DNA of 64,000 nucleotides from Takakia lepidozioides (Eukaryota > Plantae > Bryophyta): NCBI GenBank assembly GCA_030704615.1, contig CM060731.1, forward strand, positions 19,096,001-19,160,000, read 5' to 3'. Positions 11,578 through 23,800 of the stretch are shown piece after piece. The first letter of the stretch is position 1; each line of letters opens with the position of its first letter. The notes under the pieces were generated by a model, which saw only the letters and a list, made by a program, of their open reading frames with translations, had not been told where the DNA came from and made no database searches. The translations under genes and the position numbers were made by a program.

Positions 11578-11689
11578 CACATTGTCCTTGACTTTGTGTC
11601 ATGACACATGGAGGATTCAACCCGCGACCATCAACCCAAAAGGACTGTGTGTGCTGCTTGTGTCTGTAGTCAGGTAATGTCGGATTGGT
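11578..11689 (-). CDS. Upstream exon: C-half of another PDF motif
   Basis: ACAG acceptor, TNPTLPDYRHKQHTQSFWVDGRGLNPPCV, phase-1 GTGAGG donor that joins the 11437 exon in frame. The start codon is probably further upstream (~12044 or beyond) and is not resolved. Confidence 0.6.
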
Positions 11690-12559
11690 CTGTGCGAACC
11701 ACCACGGTGCAGCTGAGTAGCCATAGATTGAAACACGACCTCCTAAGTCCAAGCTGACCCTGTAAACACCAAGGAACAACACCAAATCGTGACAGTAACA
11801 GGAACAGCCAAGAGCCCACATTTGCAGGATGGACAAACCTCTTCACATCGTACATTGAGGAAAAGCCACAGCTTGCGATGGCGGTCCCACCATCGTGAAG
11901 GATATTTGAAAAACTTATGCTCCGTGCTCCAAGGTAGACTTTTGTGCCCGAAAATCCGACGGCATCAACATTTTGACAAGTTCCTTGACGGAGGGGTGCT
12001 AGTGAGATTTCAACAACATTCATGCAAGTCGCTTTGGGCTCCATTGGACTCTACAATGAGGAACATACGAACATGTCCAAACTTACACAGCTGCAAGACC
12101 AGCTTATGTCTGCAGTCTGGAGATTGTCGAGTGGTCTCTGAAAACTTCCCGGGAGCAGCTCAGCAGCGCCAGTCTAGCGACGACTGAAGGTCGGAGACTA
12201 GTTTAGCGTACAGCAGGAATAGGGTGTCATAGTGCCACGTCATCGTCACCACGTCATCGTAGTCATTTTTGTTTTGAGCTGCCCATATTGCCCAAAGAGA
12301 AAACCACAAGAAGTAATTTCCTCAACGGGCGTACCTGCCGGAGCACTTGGGGCTTGGGTGTGTTGTGTCTTCTTCTATAAACAAACTTTCAAGTACAAGA
12401 ACCTGAAAGACACATGTCAGGCGAGTCGTGTGTAGACCTGCTGAAGTTTCGTTATGATCTAGGGATAGAGACTGCAGGCGAATCTTTTCACATTCTTTTG
12501 ACATTCAAGGCTATCACTTTGATTCCGGACCATCTCTTTTTTCGGGTCTGTCTTTGCAT

Positions 12560-15500
12560 GGACTTCAGGCCAACCCCTTAGCACAGGTAATAGGGAATGT
12601 TGAGATGCAACTACTTTTGTTTACATCGTTTCTATTGAAATGCAATCATTACTTCTACACAAGTTATCAGTGAGACCTGAATAGGTCTGGTGACCACTGG
12701 CGTGCAATGACCTGTTGAGTCTGTTGGCTAGAGATATGATCCTCGATGGCAGCTTTCCTCGTATCTTCTAGCAATTAAAGATCTTAGTATTCGTTTACTC
12801 GCATACGGTAAGCTCTCTTGCATTGGCGCAACCAGAAAGCCTCACATTGATAGAGAGACAGCTCTGCAGCTCTATGACGAGAGAGGGGTGTCCAATTGTG
12901 GTTGACTAGACAAACTCCTAGTTGGACCATATAGTCAAGGCACCATTTTCCTTTCAGGGCTTTTGCCGATTTGTCTGCTAGATGGACAGTTGGTCCACCA
13001 AAAATCTGATCGGGAGATACAGTGGTAGCAGGAAGTGGACATGCACTGAGCCGACACCGGAGTCCAGTCTTGGATTCAGAGTCTGAGAGATCTGGTACTC
13101 TTTTGCCATTCCCGTTACTGGTCGGGTGTAAGTACCATCGTGTCGAGTCAGTGGCAATACCATAAGCCGTTGGTAAGGTGACTGCCAGTTCGCACTCCTC
13201 TTCCTTTAGCATCACAGCAAGATTTAAAGTTGGAGTGTTCAATGATTGCTAGGTGGTGGGATGTTTCAGATGTGATCATGGGTACCTTTTGATTTTGGTA
13301 TTCCACATTTTCTTGCTTTTGTAACATAATCAGCTCATCACAAGGGCTGCCCTGCCATCTGTAGTCAACCCTCTTCTCCACAGCGGCTGGCAGAGACACC
13401 CTGTTTCTCAAAATTTCCACAAACCCACAGCTTTCATTTTTTGCTGGCACGGTGACCTGCTCAGAGACTTCCACTCCCAGGAGGCTTCCCCAAACAGTTA
13501 AAACCACCAATGGCTGCTTGTGTAAGCCATGGATAACCCAATTCCAGCTATTCCAACCACATTGTCAATTGGCACCCTTTGAGATATAAATTGCTCCTTA
13601 GGTTGCTGTATTGATTTCTGAGATTTAGAGGAGCCATTGGGGACTGTTGGCTTTTTGGTCTCATAGCTGTTCCGCGCATACTAACACCCACTGTTGATGA
13701 ATAAGGCTCAACCCCACAGAAGCCATGCGATAGCCCAAGTTGAAAAAGGCTGCATCTCCTCAAATAGATCAGCAATGAACACGTCAGATCCCACAGTGTA
13801 GCAGAGGTGATTTGGACCCAGCATGCAAGCACTACCAACCGGTGCTTTGATAGCCCTTCCACTGAACACCAACTTTCTGCCTTGGGAATTGCTTGCAGGC
13901 AAATTCATGCCCTCCAACTGGGAACATCCTTGTTTCAAATGAAGCAGCCAGAAGGGTCCACATAGAGAACCCCCCTTTAATCTATCCTCTTTCATAGTGG
14001 AGATCACTTTCACGCGCCCATACTGGCCTATCACTACCAACCAGTTAGCACCCCTATTTTTTCAGCTTCACACAAGACGTATTTAACCAACTCTCATGTC
14101 TGAGGTGTGGTATATCTTGGGGGGTCTATGTCGAAACTACTAGTGCACACCAAAGAAGAGAGAACCTCAGCTACAGCCTCCTATAAAAGCAGGCAACAAC
14201 CACCCAAAATCCAAAAGCGGAAGCTACAACAGATAAGACCCTTGAGGTCATCATGTCACAGACTGGAAACAAGTTCAGGGTAGTTTTCTGCCTAACTCCA
14301 ATTTCATCAGACAATTTCCTGGCAACAGACATGGCACTACAGCCTCTAAGTGAGATTTATCCGTAGGGTCAAGACTTACGGACTTAGACTCAGATCCTTG
14401 AGAATCTCTTCTACCCTCTTCCGCCAGGACTTAACCTGTTTGAGCCTATTTGACAGGTCCTGCTTCCACGATATCAAGGTCAATACTTAGGATATCTGGT
14501 ATTAGTCATACAGGCACAAATCCCTTAATGGATTTGAGGTGGGCATCCCTCTGGTGAGAGTACCCATGATACCTGCTAACCTTTGAAACCAAATATCAAT
14601 ATAAAGACCATCATCTTTATCAAGACCATTCTTTTTATCAACCTATCAATGTACACTGTTTGATTCCAACATGCCCACAAACAAAATAATCCAAATGTGC
14701 CTGTTGTATCAAAATAATTTTATGCCAGCATCTAAATCAGTGTTCAGGTCTCCTCGAAAGGATGGTCACTGTATGTATGTGACAGCCATGGCATTTGCAG
14801 CCTAGCCTAGAAGTAGCTCCGGTAGGGTTAGTATCCTGCAGGTAAGTAAAACCTCAAGAGTGGGGAATGGTCAATTACACTCTTTCTCTCTGTCTGTCTG
14901 TCCTTCACCCTCCTCCTTATATGTGCAGTCCAACCCAGGCACATGGTCTACATGGCTACAGACAAGTAACACTATGGGACATCTCCTAAATGTACTCCCA
15001 AAACCTGGGAGTATTTTCTTGATAGATCCTACCTCCCATGTGTAATGACAGGAGAGAAACTTGCTTGACTTGAATTTCTGTTTGAATGGTCTCATTTGGC
15101 CGGATTGTACTCCTCACCCCGCTCTGCAAGGTACTTTCCATCTGGTATCAGCCTTCCGTTAGGAATCAGTTTCAAGCACGAATGTTAAGTAAAGGCATGA
15201 GAAAGTTTGGTTGTTTCAGGAGTTATATGTGTTCTTCCTGAAGTCTACATTGCTAGAACTAACCTGCTGAAATATCACTTGTTCTTGTGCAGAGGTTAAA
15301 CATGTTTATCAGCCAATTCCTGGCATCACCTTGAGAGATAATGTACTAGAGGTGAGCTTCTGGTCTTCACACAAGGTGATACATCATATTGAGGCTGCTT
15401 CTCTTGACAAGACATCATGACTATATTGAGGGATCTTCCCAGGCTTTAAGTGGAGAAAGAAGAGCTGAAAAAGAGTGTCCATTTTTCTGGTACTGGGACT

Positions 15501-16310
15501 TGTTTCAGTAATTTCCTATTAACGCCATGCCAGGTCCAATGATGTTGTGCAGATATGGAACAAAAATTTCTTCACTACACTAGACCCTACAGACATCTCA
15601 TGGGCACTCTCAACTGATGGTACAACACTGGATTCTGGGCTGTTGCCTTTACCATCCATAGCTCCTGGCAATAAGCACAAAGTGCTTCTTACAAGTGGAC
15701 CTTGGAACTCATCATGGAAAGATGTAAATGCCCGTGAAGTGTTTTTGGTGATAACAGCCACCCTTTCTGCACCCACAAGATGGGCTGAAGCTGGTCATGT
15801 GCTTGTGTCTTGTTTTCAAAGAGCTCTTTTGTTTGTTACCTAGTCAATTCTCATAAGCTCTTGGGGTTTTGGATTCATGTTGAACCCTGTTGGCTGGAAA
15901 AGCAATTTACTCTTTTCCACAACCTTGACCAAACTTTTCAATAAATTCCTCTTTCTTTTGCTTGTTCTCACTTATCAAGCTCCAGAGAAGGCTTCAGAAA
16001 ATGGATATTGTCCCCGGGTTGCACACATATTGGGCAATTACAATCTGGGCTTTGCAGATTTTGACATTTTCTATGCGCCAGTTCTGAATCTGTTTGTCCA
16101 AAGTTTCCCATGTCTCTTGCCCTGCACAGATATGAATGCCATTTGCCTGAAGAACTTGTCCCACTTCAAAAAAAATCCTTTGGTTAGTCAGCTCCAAAAA
16201 ATTGAACAGGGCCAGGGCTTTAGGCTCAGCCTTGCCTGCTGAGAATACCCTGCCTCAAATAGTCCGACAGAGTTTATTTTCCAGCTCAAAATAACCACCT
16301 TTTTTAACAT
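12560..16310 (-). mobile_element. Heavily decayed non-LTR retrotransposon (LINE ORF2 remnant); boundaries approximate
   Basis: Collinear degenerate motifs on the minus strand: VILSW (~16290, endonuclease start), GQETW, GKGNSP (KSPG-like, ~15640), NRKLLKQVP, VDFRKNTY (DFxKAYD-like, ~15240). Many stops. Confidence 0.5.
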
Positions 16311-18149
16311 TAAACTTGGGCCTACATGCACTCAAGCTGGATGAATGTATATGGGAGAAGTAGGTGGTCTAGCAAACCAGGATAACCACCTTAGATGTGC
16401 TGGTACAGTATCTTTTGAGTAGGTGTGCATGAGAATTCAATATTGCTTCACATAACAATTTTAGTGGTCCCTTAAATCAAAACACTATAGTAAAGCTGCA
16501 TGGCCCAAGATTCAAGACCAGTGGCTACCACATACAAACCAAGTGCCCATATTAGACGAAAATGTTTTGTGATATTCAGACTGACATACTAACACATCTC
16601 AGAGACTTCCTTTGGACATATACCTGCCCCAAGGATGGCATCCAATTCTTCACAGCTCGTTACAATTTGCTTCATCTCTCGCTCACAATGGGCAGTTCCC
16701 ATGCATTCTTACCCCCTGCCAAGCACATAGCAGAGTTTAGTGGTGGTTGCAAGATGAAGCAGCCATTGATCAGCAGCAGTGAAAATGATAGAGAGGTGGT
16801 ATTGGAAAGTGGCAGAACAAAATATCAATAAATTTTATCAAGACAAAGATTTCTATCAAAACAACTTGGGCATGTGTATAACTAAATAATATGGAGAAAC
16901 AAAATATTAATACGGAGAGACGGATAAAATATATTTTAATCAAAGACAAAATACATGATGAATGTCGGAACAAATATGCACGGGGTTTTAATGTTTTTCC
17001 CCACAATAAACTTAATAAATGACCAGGGCCTTGACCCCTGTTATGCAAAAATTAAAAATTAAAATAAAAAATGCATTAATTAGAAAACAACAAAGTTTTT
17101 TCATGAAACCGTGACATTAAATCGGTTTACACTAGACATAGGATGGGAGTTGAATGCGCGCGTGCGAGACCGTGGGACCCCCTCGCCGGAGCCGTGCGCC
17201 CTCCGGCGCGCTGCCGGAGCCCGCCTCTCAAATCCCCCCCCCCCACCGCCGCCCTCCCCGCCCGCCCGCCCCCCGACCCACCCAGCCAGCCTGGGCCCCC
17301 CGCCCGCCCGCCTGTGAGCCCTCCGCTCCCCTGTGCCTCCGCGGAGCCTGTTTCCCTCCCCCCCCCGGGCTCTCCGGGCAATTTCCTGGGCCACCACCAT
17401 GTCGTGCACCAAGTTCAACAACTGCTTACAATTGCGAGTGGGCAACAGCCCAAACTACACTTTGCAGAGATATTCATGTGTATGGAGTACATACGACAAC
17501 GCGCGGTGGTCGTCTTTGCAGTGCAAAGTCCTCATTGGTTCAAAGTGCTCTGGACAGGACAACCCAAATACATATTTCCAGGGGCCCTCCGAAACTTCAA
17601 GTGTGCACTGCGATTGAGAGAGACGTTGGACATTGGATATGTTTCCCCAGCACATATATGTGACGACAACATAAGTACGTCTTCCCCACTCCCTTACCTT
17701 TGCATTCCACTGTCATGCCTTGTTCCCCTGTTTGATCTGCCCTCTCTTGCTTCCCAGCACCATTCCATGATCCCCTGTTTCCACCTACATTGTTTTGCTC
17801 CCCTGTTAGCCCCCTGAATGGTTGCTCACTCCCTTGTCTTCTTGCCCTGCTGTGCCACACATTCTCTAAGTCGGAACGTGAATTTCGTGTGCAGGTGGAC
17901 ATGACTTCGATTTTGGATTTTACAAGGATGTTGCAGCCAAGTACGTGGAGGCAGTCCGCTCCATGAAGATTGCTCGTGATCAAATCGATGCCCAATACCG
18001 GTATTCTCTAGCCAGAAATGTGCCAGTTCCACTGTCACAGGTGAATACAGATGCCCTACAGTCATCGCAATTGGACCTCCAACATTTTCATGATACTTTG
18101 GGGCCCGCAAATGAAATGTTGAACCACCCGCATGATCCCTTCTCCGCCG

Positions 18150-19650
18150 AGCCCTCACACCTCTCACCCAATGTGTCTGATCCCCTGTCTGGGCAACTGT
18201 CTTCGCCCCCCCTGCCTGTCGTCTCTGCTCCCGGGTCTGCTCCCCACCCGACCTCTGACCCCCCTTTGCTTTCTATCTCTGCTCCCCTGCCTACTGAGGT
18301 CCCTGCTCCCCTGCCGTCCTCTAACCCCCCCTTGGTTGTTGTGTCTCCTCCTACGCCCACTGCATAGCCCCTGCTCCCCGCAATTCGTCCGACCCCCTCT
18401 TGCTCTCGGTCTTTGCTCCCCTACCTACTGAGGTCCCTGCTCTTGAGCTGTCTTCTGACGCCCCCTTGCCTCCTGTCTCTGCTCCCCTGGTTATTGAGGT
18501 CCCTGCTCCCCAGCCATCATCTAACCCCCTCTGTGTTGTTGTCTCTCGTCCCACACCCACGGAAGTCCCGGCTCCCCCCATGTACTCTGACCCCCCCCTG
18601 CTTTCCATCTCTGCTCCCCTAACTATTCCGGTGCCTACTTCCGAACCGTCTTGTGATGCCCTCTTGCTTCCTGTCTCTGCTCCCCTGATTATATCACTCA
18701 CTACTCCCCAGCCACTGACTGACCCCCTCTGTGTTTCTGTCTCTGCTCCCCCATCCACCGACTTCCCTGCTCCCCAACCGTCCTCTGACCCCCTCTTGCT
18801 TTGTGTCTTTGGTCCCCTGCCCAGTCAGGTCCCTGCTCCCCAGCTAGCGTCTGACCCCCTCTGTGTTTCTGTGTCTGCTCCCCTGTCCACCAACTTCCCT
18901 GCTCACCAACCGTCCTCTGACCCCCTCTTGCTCACTGTAGAGGGCTGCTGTGTTGGGGTGACCCTTGTTGCTGTACCGTGTCTGGGCTGAATATAATCAT
19001 GGCAGTCGTCGGTGTGCATGCAATTGTGCTCCCCTCTTGTTGCAGTGCTACATTCCTTGTGCTCTTATGTGCTCCCCTCAGCCCTCCAAACTCCCCTGCA
19101 TGCTCCCCTGCTAACCATGCCCCCCTGCTCTCCCCTGCCTCAGCAGGTTAAGGGCTCCCTGCTCCCCTATATGTCCGCTCCCCTGAGTTGCTCCCACCTC
19201 ACCTTCTTCCCTGCCCTCCCCTGCTCCCTTGCTCTCCCCTGTTTCGGTCCCATGCTCCCCTGTGCTCCGCTCCCCCGCATGCATGCTCCCCTCGGCTCCC
19301 CTATGTCGCTGCCCTGCTCCTATGCTCCCTCCGTTCTCTGCTCCCCTGGGTCGCTCCTCGCTCCTCTGCTCCCCTGAGCTCCCCTGTTCGCTCCCCTGCT
19401 CATGTGCTCCCCAACCTCGCATTGCTCCCCTATTCTCCGCTCCCCTGCGTCGCTCCCCTGTTCGCTCCCCTGCTCCTGTGCTCCCCAGCCTCGCATTGCT
19501 CCCCCATACTCCGCGCCCATGGGTCGCTCCCCTGCTTGCATGGCGCTCCTGTTTCGCTCCCCTGCTCCCCCGGTCGCTCCCCCGGTCCCCTATACATGTC
19601 TGCTCCCTTGCTTGCGTGGCTCCCCTGTTGCTCTTGCTCCCCTGGCGCTA
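18150..19650. repeat. Degenerate minisatellite tracts with GCTCCCC(TG) core
   Basis: Dozens of GCTCCCC copies and recurring TCTGACCCCC...TCTGCTCCCC units, which give Pro-rich spurious ORFs. Confidence 0.85.
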
Positions 19651-20826
19651 TGATGCATGTGAGGGTTATGGGCCTCCGAACCCTAAAACGCGAAGACAAA
19701 CACAACGGAGTCCCGCAGGCCATTGGAACCTAACGCGGGTGATATTGTGCTGTGTGTTATAGAACATTGAGAGCTGACGGGAGGGTTGTGGGGTTGCCCC
19801 CTCCCCGGTGGAGTAGTGCGATGGTTGTTGTCTGTGCAGGACTTATGCGCTCCAACCGACGATTGGATACCATTTGAAGATGACGACTCACCTATTCCAG
19901 TCCATGAAGTGCGACATGTATTGTGGTGGTGCTTTGATCCATCACAGTTTTGATGGACGGGAGGCGGTTTGGATATGCTATCACAACCTCTTTCGGACAG
20001 GGCACAAAACGCAACGGCCATGTCATTTTCCGCCCTGAAACACATGATATTGTTGTAGACTTGTTGATGACAGACTGGAGGTGTCATGGTGGACTACCAC
20101 GATGGCTGCGCATGTTGGTATGTTGTTGCTGTGTGTATACCGGGAGGAAACGCATCCATCACAGTTTTATACTAAGATATGCCGATTCAGCGAAGGGGCA
20201 TGGCAATTCTTAACTCCATAGTACTGTGATGAAAGAGCCACCACATTGGGAGGAGGTGTACGCAGAAATGTGGAATTGACTTAGAAGCATAATAAGCATA
20301 GTGAGAGTAGTGGTGCGATTAGACATGAAGCATGATTGACTCACATGATAAAATTGGGTTTGAAATCACAAATGTCACTTCCTCATAGATTGTAGGCCAT
20401 GCTCGGGTCTTTTGTCTTTAACGTGGCTACACTTACCAGGGGGGCAGAGGACAGGGGAGCACAGGGCAGGGGGCACAGATAAGGGGGGCACAGAGCCGGG
20501 GGGGGGGGGGGGGACACAGGAGCAGGGGGCCACATGACAGGGGAGCAGAGCAGACACGACAGTTTGGAGGAAAATGCCTGCATGGGGAGCAGTGGAGGAC
20601 CGGTAGCAGGGGGGCAAAGGACAGGGGAGCACAGGGCAGGGGGGCACAGATAAGGGGGGCACAGGAGACATGACAGTTTCGAGTAACCGGGACTGCAGAG
20701 GGGAAGTGGAGGAGCAGTAGCAGGGGGGTAGATGAGAAGAGAGCAGACAGGCCTCAGTATTGGAGTGTGCAGGGGAGCAGGAGAGCACTACAAGACAATG
20801 ACACATGCTAAGTTCTAGAATGCGGG

Positions 20827-23800
20827 TCAACTATTGCATGCAACAGTGTGCATGGCACGCAATATATTTGCAGAACCTGGATTGGACTTCATTCGATTGG
20901 CAGCTGCTCCCCGAGGATGAGGCCGTCTCCCAAAGATGTTGGCCTCAACAAAATCCTTACGCCGTTTCAAGCTCCTTCCTGAATCGTCTTCAACGGGATT
21001 AAACCTTTTTGCTGTAGGGTGGGACAATGACGAGCCCAAGTCGCGCGCGGCCAGGGTGACGGCATACTAGCCTAGGGGGTCGTGGCAAGTTACGATGTAG
21101 GTTAGGCTCAACGAACCGCCTACCCGGCTGCGGTAAGTGCACGGGTCCGTGGCAGCTATGGATGGATCTAAACAGTCTAACTTCTTACCGGCAAAGCAAA
21201 GCTTAACAACTCCACTTCACAAGGCGATTTGCATTTCCTAGTCCTACGTTTTGTTTATGGGTTTTCTACGTCTTTAATCGTAATTGCCTTCCAAGTCTTT
21301 GTTTATTACTACTTCCTACATGCCTGGACTCCCAACATGCTTATAGCCGGGACGAACCTTCAAATCCCTTCACAAAACGAATCCCGAGCCCAGGGAGACG
21401 ATGATCATCTATCTCCCGCCCAATGCCCCCCCCTAAATCCCGAGGTGGATTAGTTTCCTACCTCCTAGGAAGAGACCGGATCCGCTTTCCCAAGTCAGTC
21501 TCCCCTGCTTAGAGCGATCCAAGTTTCAACCTCAATGGTCAGTCCATCAGGTGAATGATAACAATTCAAACCTCTAGGTAATTCCCGAGATCTAATAAAA
21601 CAATGGCCGTTTCTTGGCCCAAGGCCCCCCCAGCGGCCGGATACTTGACTTCAAATATCCTCGGCGGAAGGGGGCGATACCTCCCTTAAAACTTCCGTTT
21701 TAAAGTTAAGGAGGTCCGGATAAAATCCCTTATTAAAGTCGAATTACCATGCTGAATAATAAAGAACAAATCATTAAAACCTTCCTACAAATGCATGAAA
21801 TTCGTAGAAATAGATAATCATCGTAGGATGCTGGAGCTAACTAAATTACCCTCAAGGTACCAGGGGAATGCCTTTTATGTCGAGAGCGTTGGGGAACCGC
21901 TCTCGACTTGGGAGCGCCCCTAAATTCCTATACCAAACCAATCAATAACGCATTAGCAACTTAAACAATCACCGGGCCAGGATGAATGAAATTTGCCGCC
22001 CATCAGTTTCTCATCTGATCGCCACCCTGGTGTGTAAACAATGATTAAACATTCAGTGGGTCCCAGGGTCCATTCCATGCGCCTCTTCCACCTACTTCCA
22101 ATATAATCTGATTAATTTATGCAAGCAACCAGCCTAGAACGAAGTTGGAACATGTCATCTTCTACCTTGTGAAACCCCTACCAGGGATTCTCTCCTCCCT
22201 GTCTCTGGGCTCTCTCTCTCTGGCTGTGGCATCCACCCGTGAGCCGTGCTTTCACAAGCACTGGGATACATATCAAACTGATGGCCTCAATGGGGCCTAT
22301 CCAATGGTTCCAACCATTTCTTATCCTTTGCTAAAACACGCCTTTATTCCCATGCAAGAAGAACACCATGAATTGTGCACAAGAAATCAAAGGCATAGGG
22401 AGAAAACCCCCCTTAAAATACCCGTACCAGGGACCAACAATCCCTGGCGGGGTCCGTCGTAATATCCAGCGGTTAAAACCGATACCCCGCGGCCAGCGCC
22501 ACATGGCGCGGCGTGACTGGCCTGCCGCCGGCGCGGGTCCAGTGGATAATAGCAGGCTTCGTCATCTCTGCCGCTTGTGTCGTACCTGCGCGGGCCCAGC
22601 TATGGCGCTTGGTGCTGCCACGCAGTGTACCAGCAACCCGTACTTTGCTCCAGGGGTCAACCCCCCCCCCACGGGGGAAGGCCGCGCCATCCGTGTTAGA
22701 TGTGCCTTTCCATGGCGATTCTAGGCAACCTCCTTGGTTGACCTCCAGCCTAGAGGCGCCTAAGGCGCTGGCACTTTAGTGCTGGGCTCTGCCTTTTTTG
22801 GCAGCTCTCTACAAAATAGCTTAACCACTTATAAAGCTAGTTAGCACTGCCTCCCATGGTCCTCTATTGCCAGGGGGCTTATGAACATAGATATGAACTT
22901 AATAATATAGAAATTTTGGCGATAGCTTCGCCGTCTCATGCAATATGGCCGTTGCCACTAAGCTAGAAAGGGAAATTTGACAAGAGCTTCACCACTTCAT
23001 GCAAGCTCGCCCTCTCCTTAAACATAATAATGGACATCTACCCTCACTTCCATGACGTAATTGGGTTAGATTCCTAAGGCCCTGTCTCCTGGGGCTTAAC
23101 ACCTGTGCTCTTCACACATGCACATAGAGATGCACACACATCCTCTTTGAAAGAGGGTTAGTTTTTATAGATTTCTAGCAAGCAATCCTATAAGGTCCCT
23201 CCTTGGAACAAGATTAAACAACAAATGGAACAAATGAATTCAAAGGTCAAGATAATATGGTAAGTCACCCTCTGAAACAAATGGTGCTTGGGATGCACTA
23301 AATTGCTCGGTAGAATGGTACTCAAATTTGGTCCTCCTCCGGCACTCCTACTCGTCCTCAAGTCTCCCATTTCATGGAGCACTTCCTCTACTTCTTGCCT
23401 CAAATGGCCACAAGGCCTTGAGCTAGGACTATCCTGCTCTTACTATGCTTGCTTCTACTACTAGAGAGCCACAAGCTCAACCCTCTAGGATCTAGCTCCC
23501 TCAAGCTCAAAACTAACTACACAAGCAAGAGGCAAAAACAAAGAAATGAGACTAGATGAAGAACAAGAGGAGCCTGCTCTTCTTTTATTGTGTTTTTGGG
23601 GCCTCTTAAACTAGTGAAGGATAGTCTTAAACTATTATTTCCTACATGAGTCTATAATTTAAAAACAATAGAACACCATAAAATAATAACCATCTTGGTG
23701 TTAATGATAAATCTGGTTTTTCATCCATCCAATGGATGACAGTTGGCGCTAGGTTGTCTTCTCATCCCTCCAGCTTGCAGGTCGAATTTCCAGTTTTCAT

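Noticed and set aside
17106-17135. Helitron 3' end (AAACCG...CGGTTT hairpin + CTAG)
   Set aside because: The hairpin is weak and too close to CTAG, the next base is A rather than T, and no 5' end or Rep/helicase was seen.
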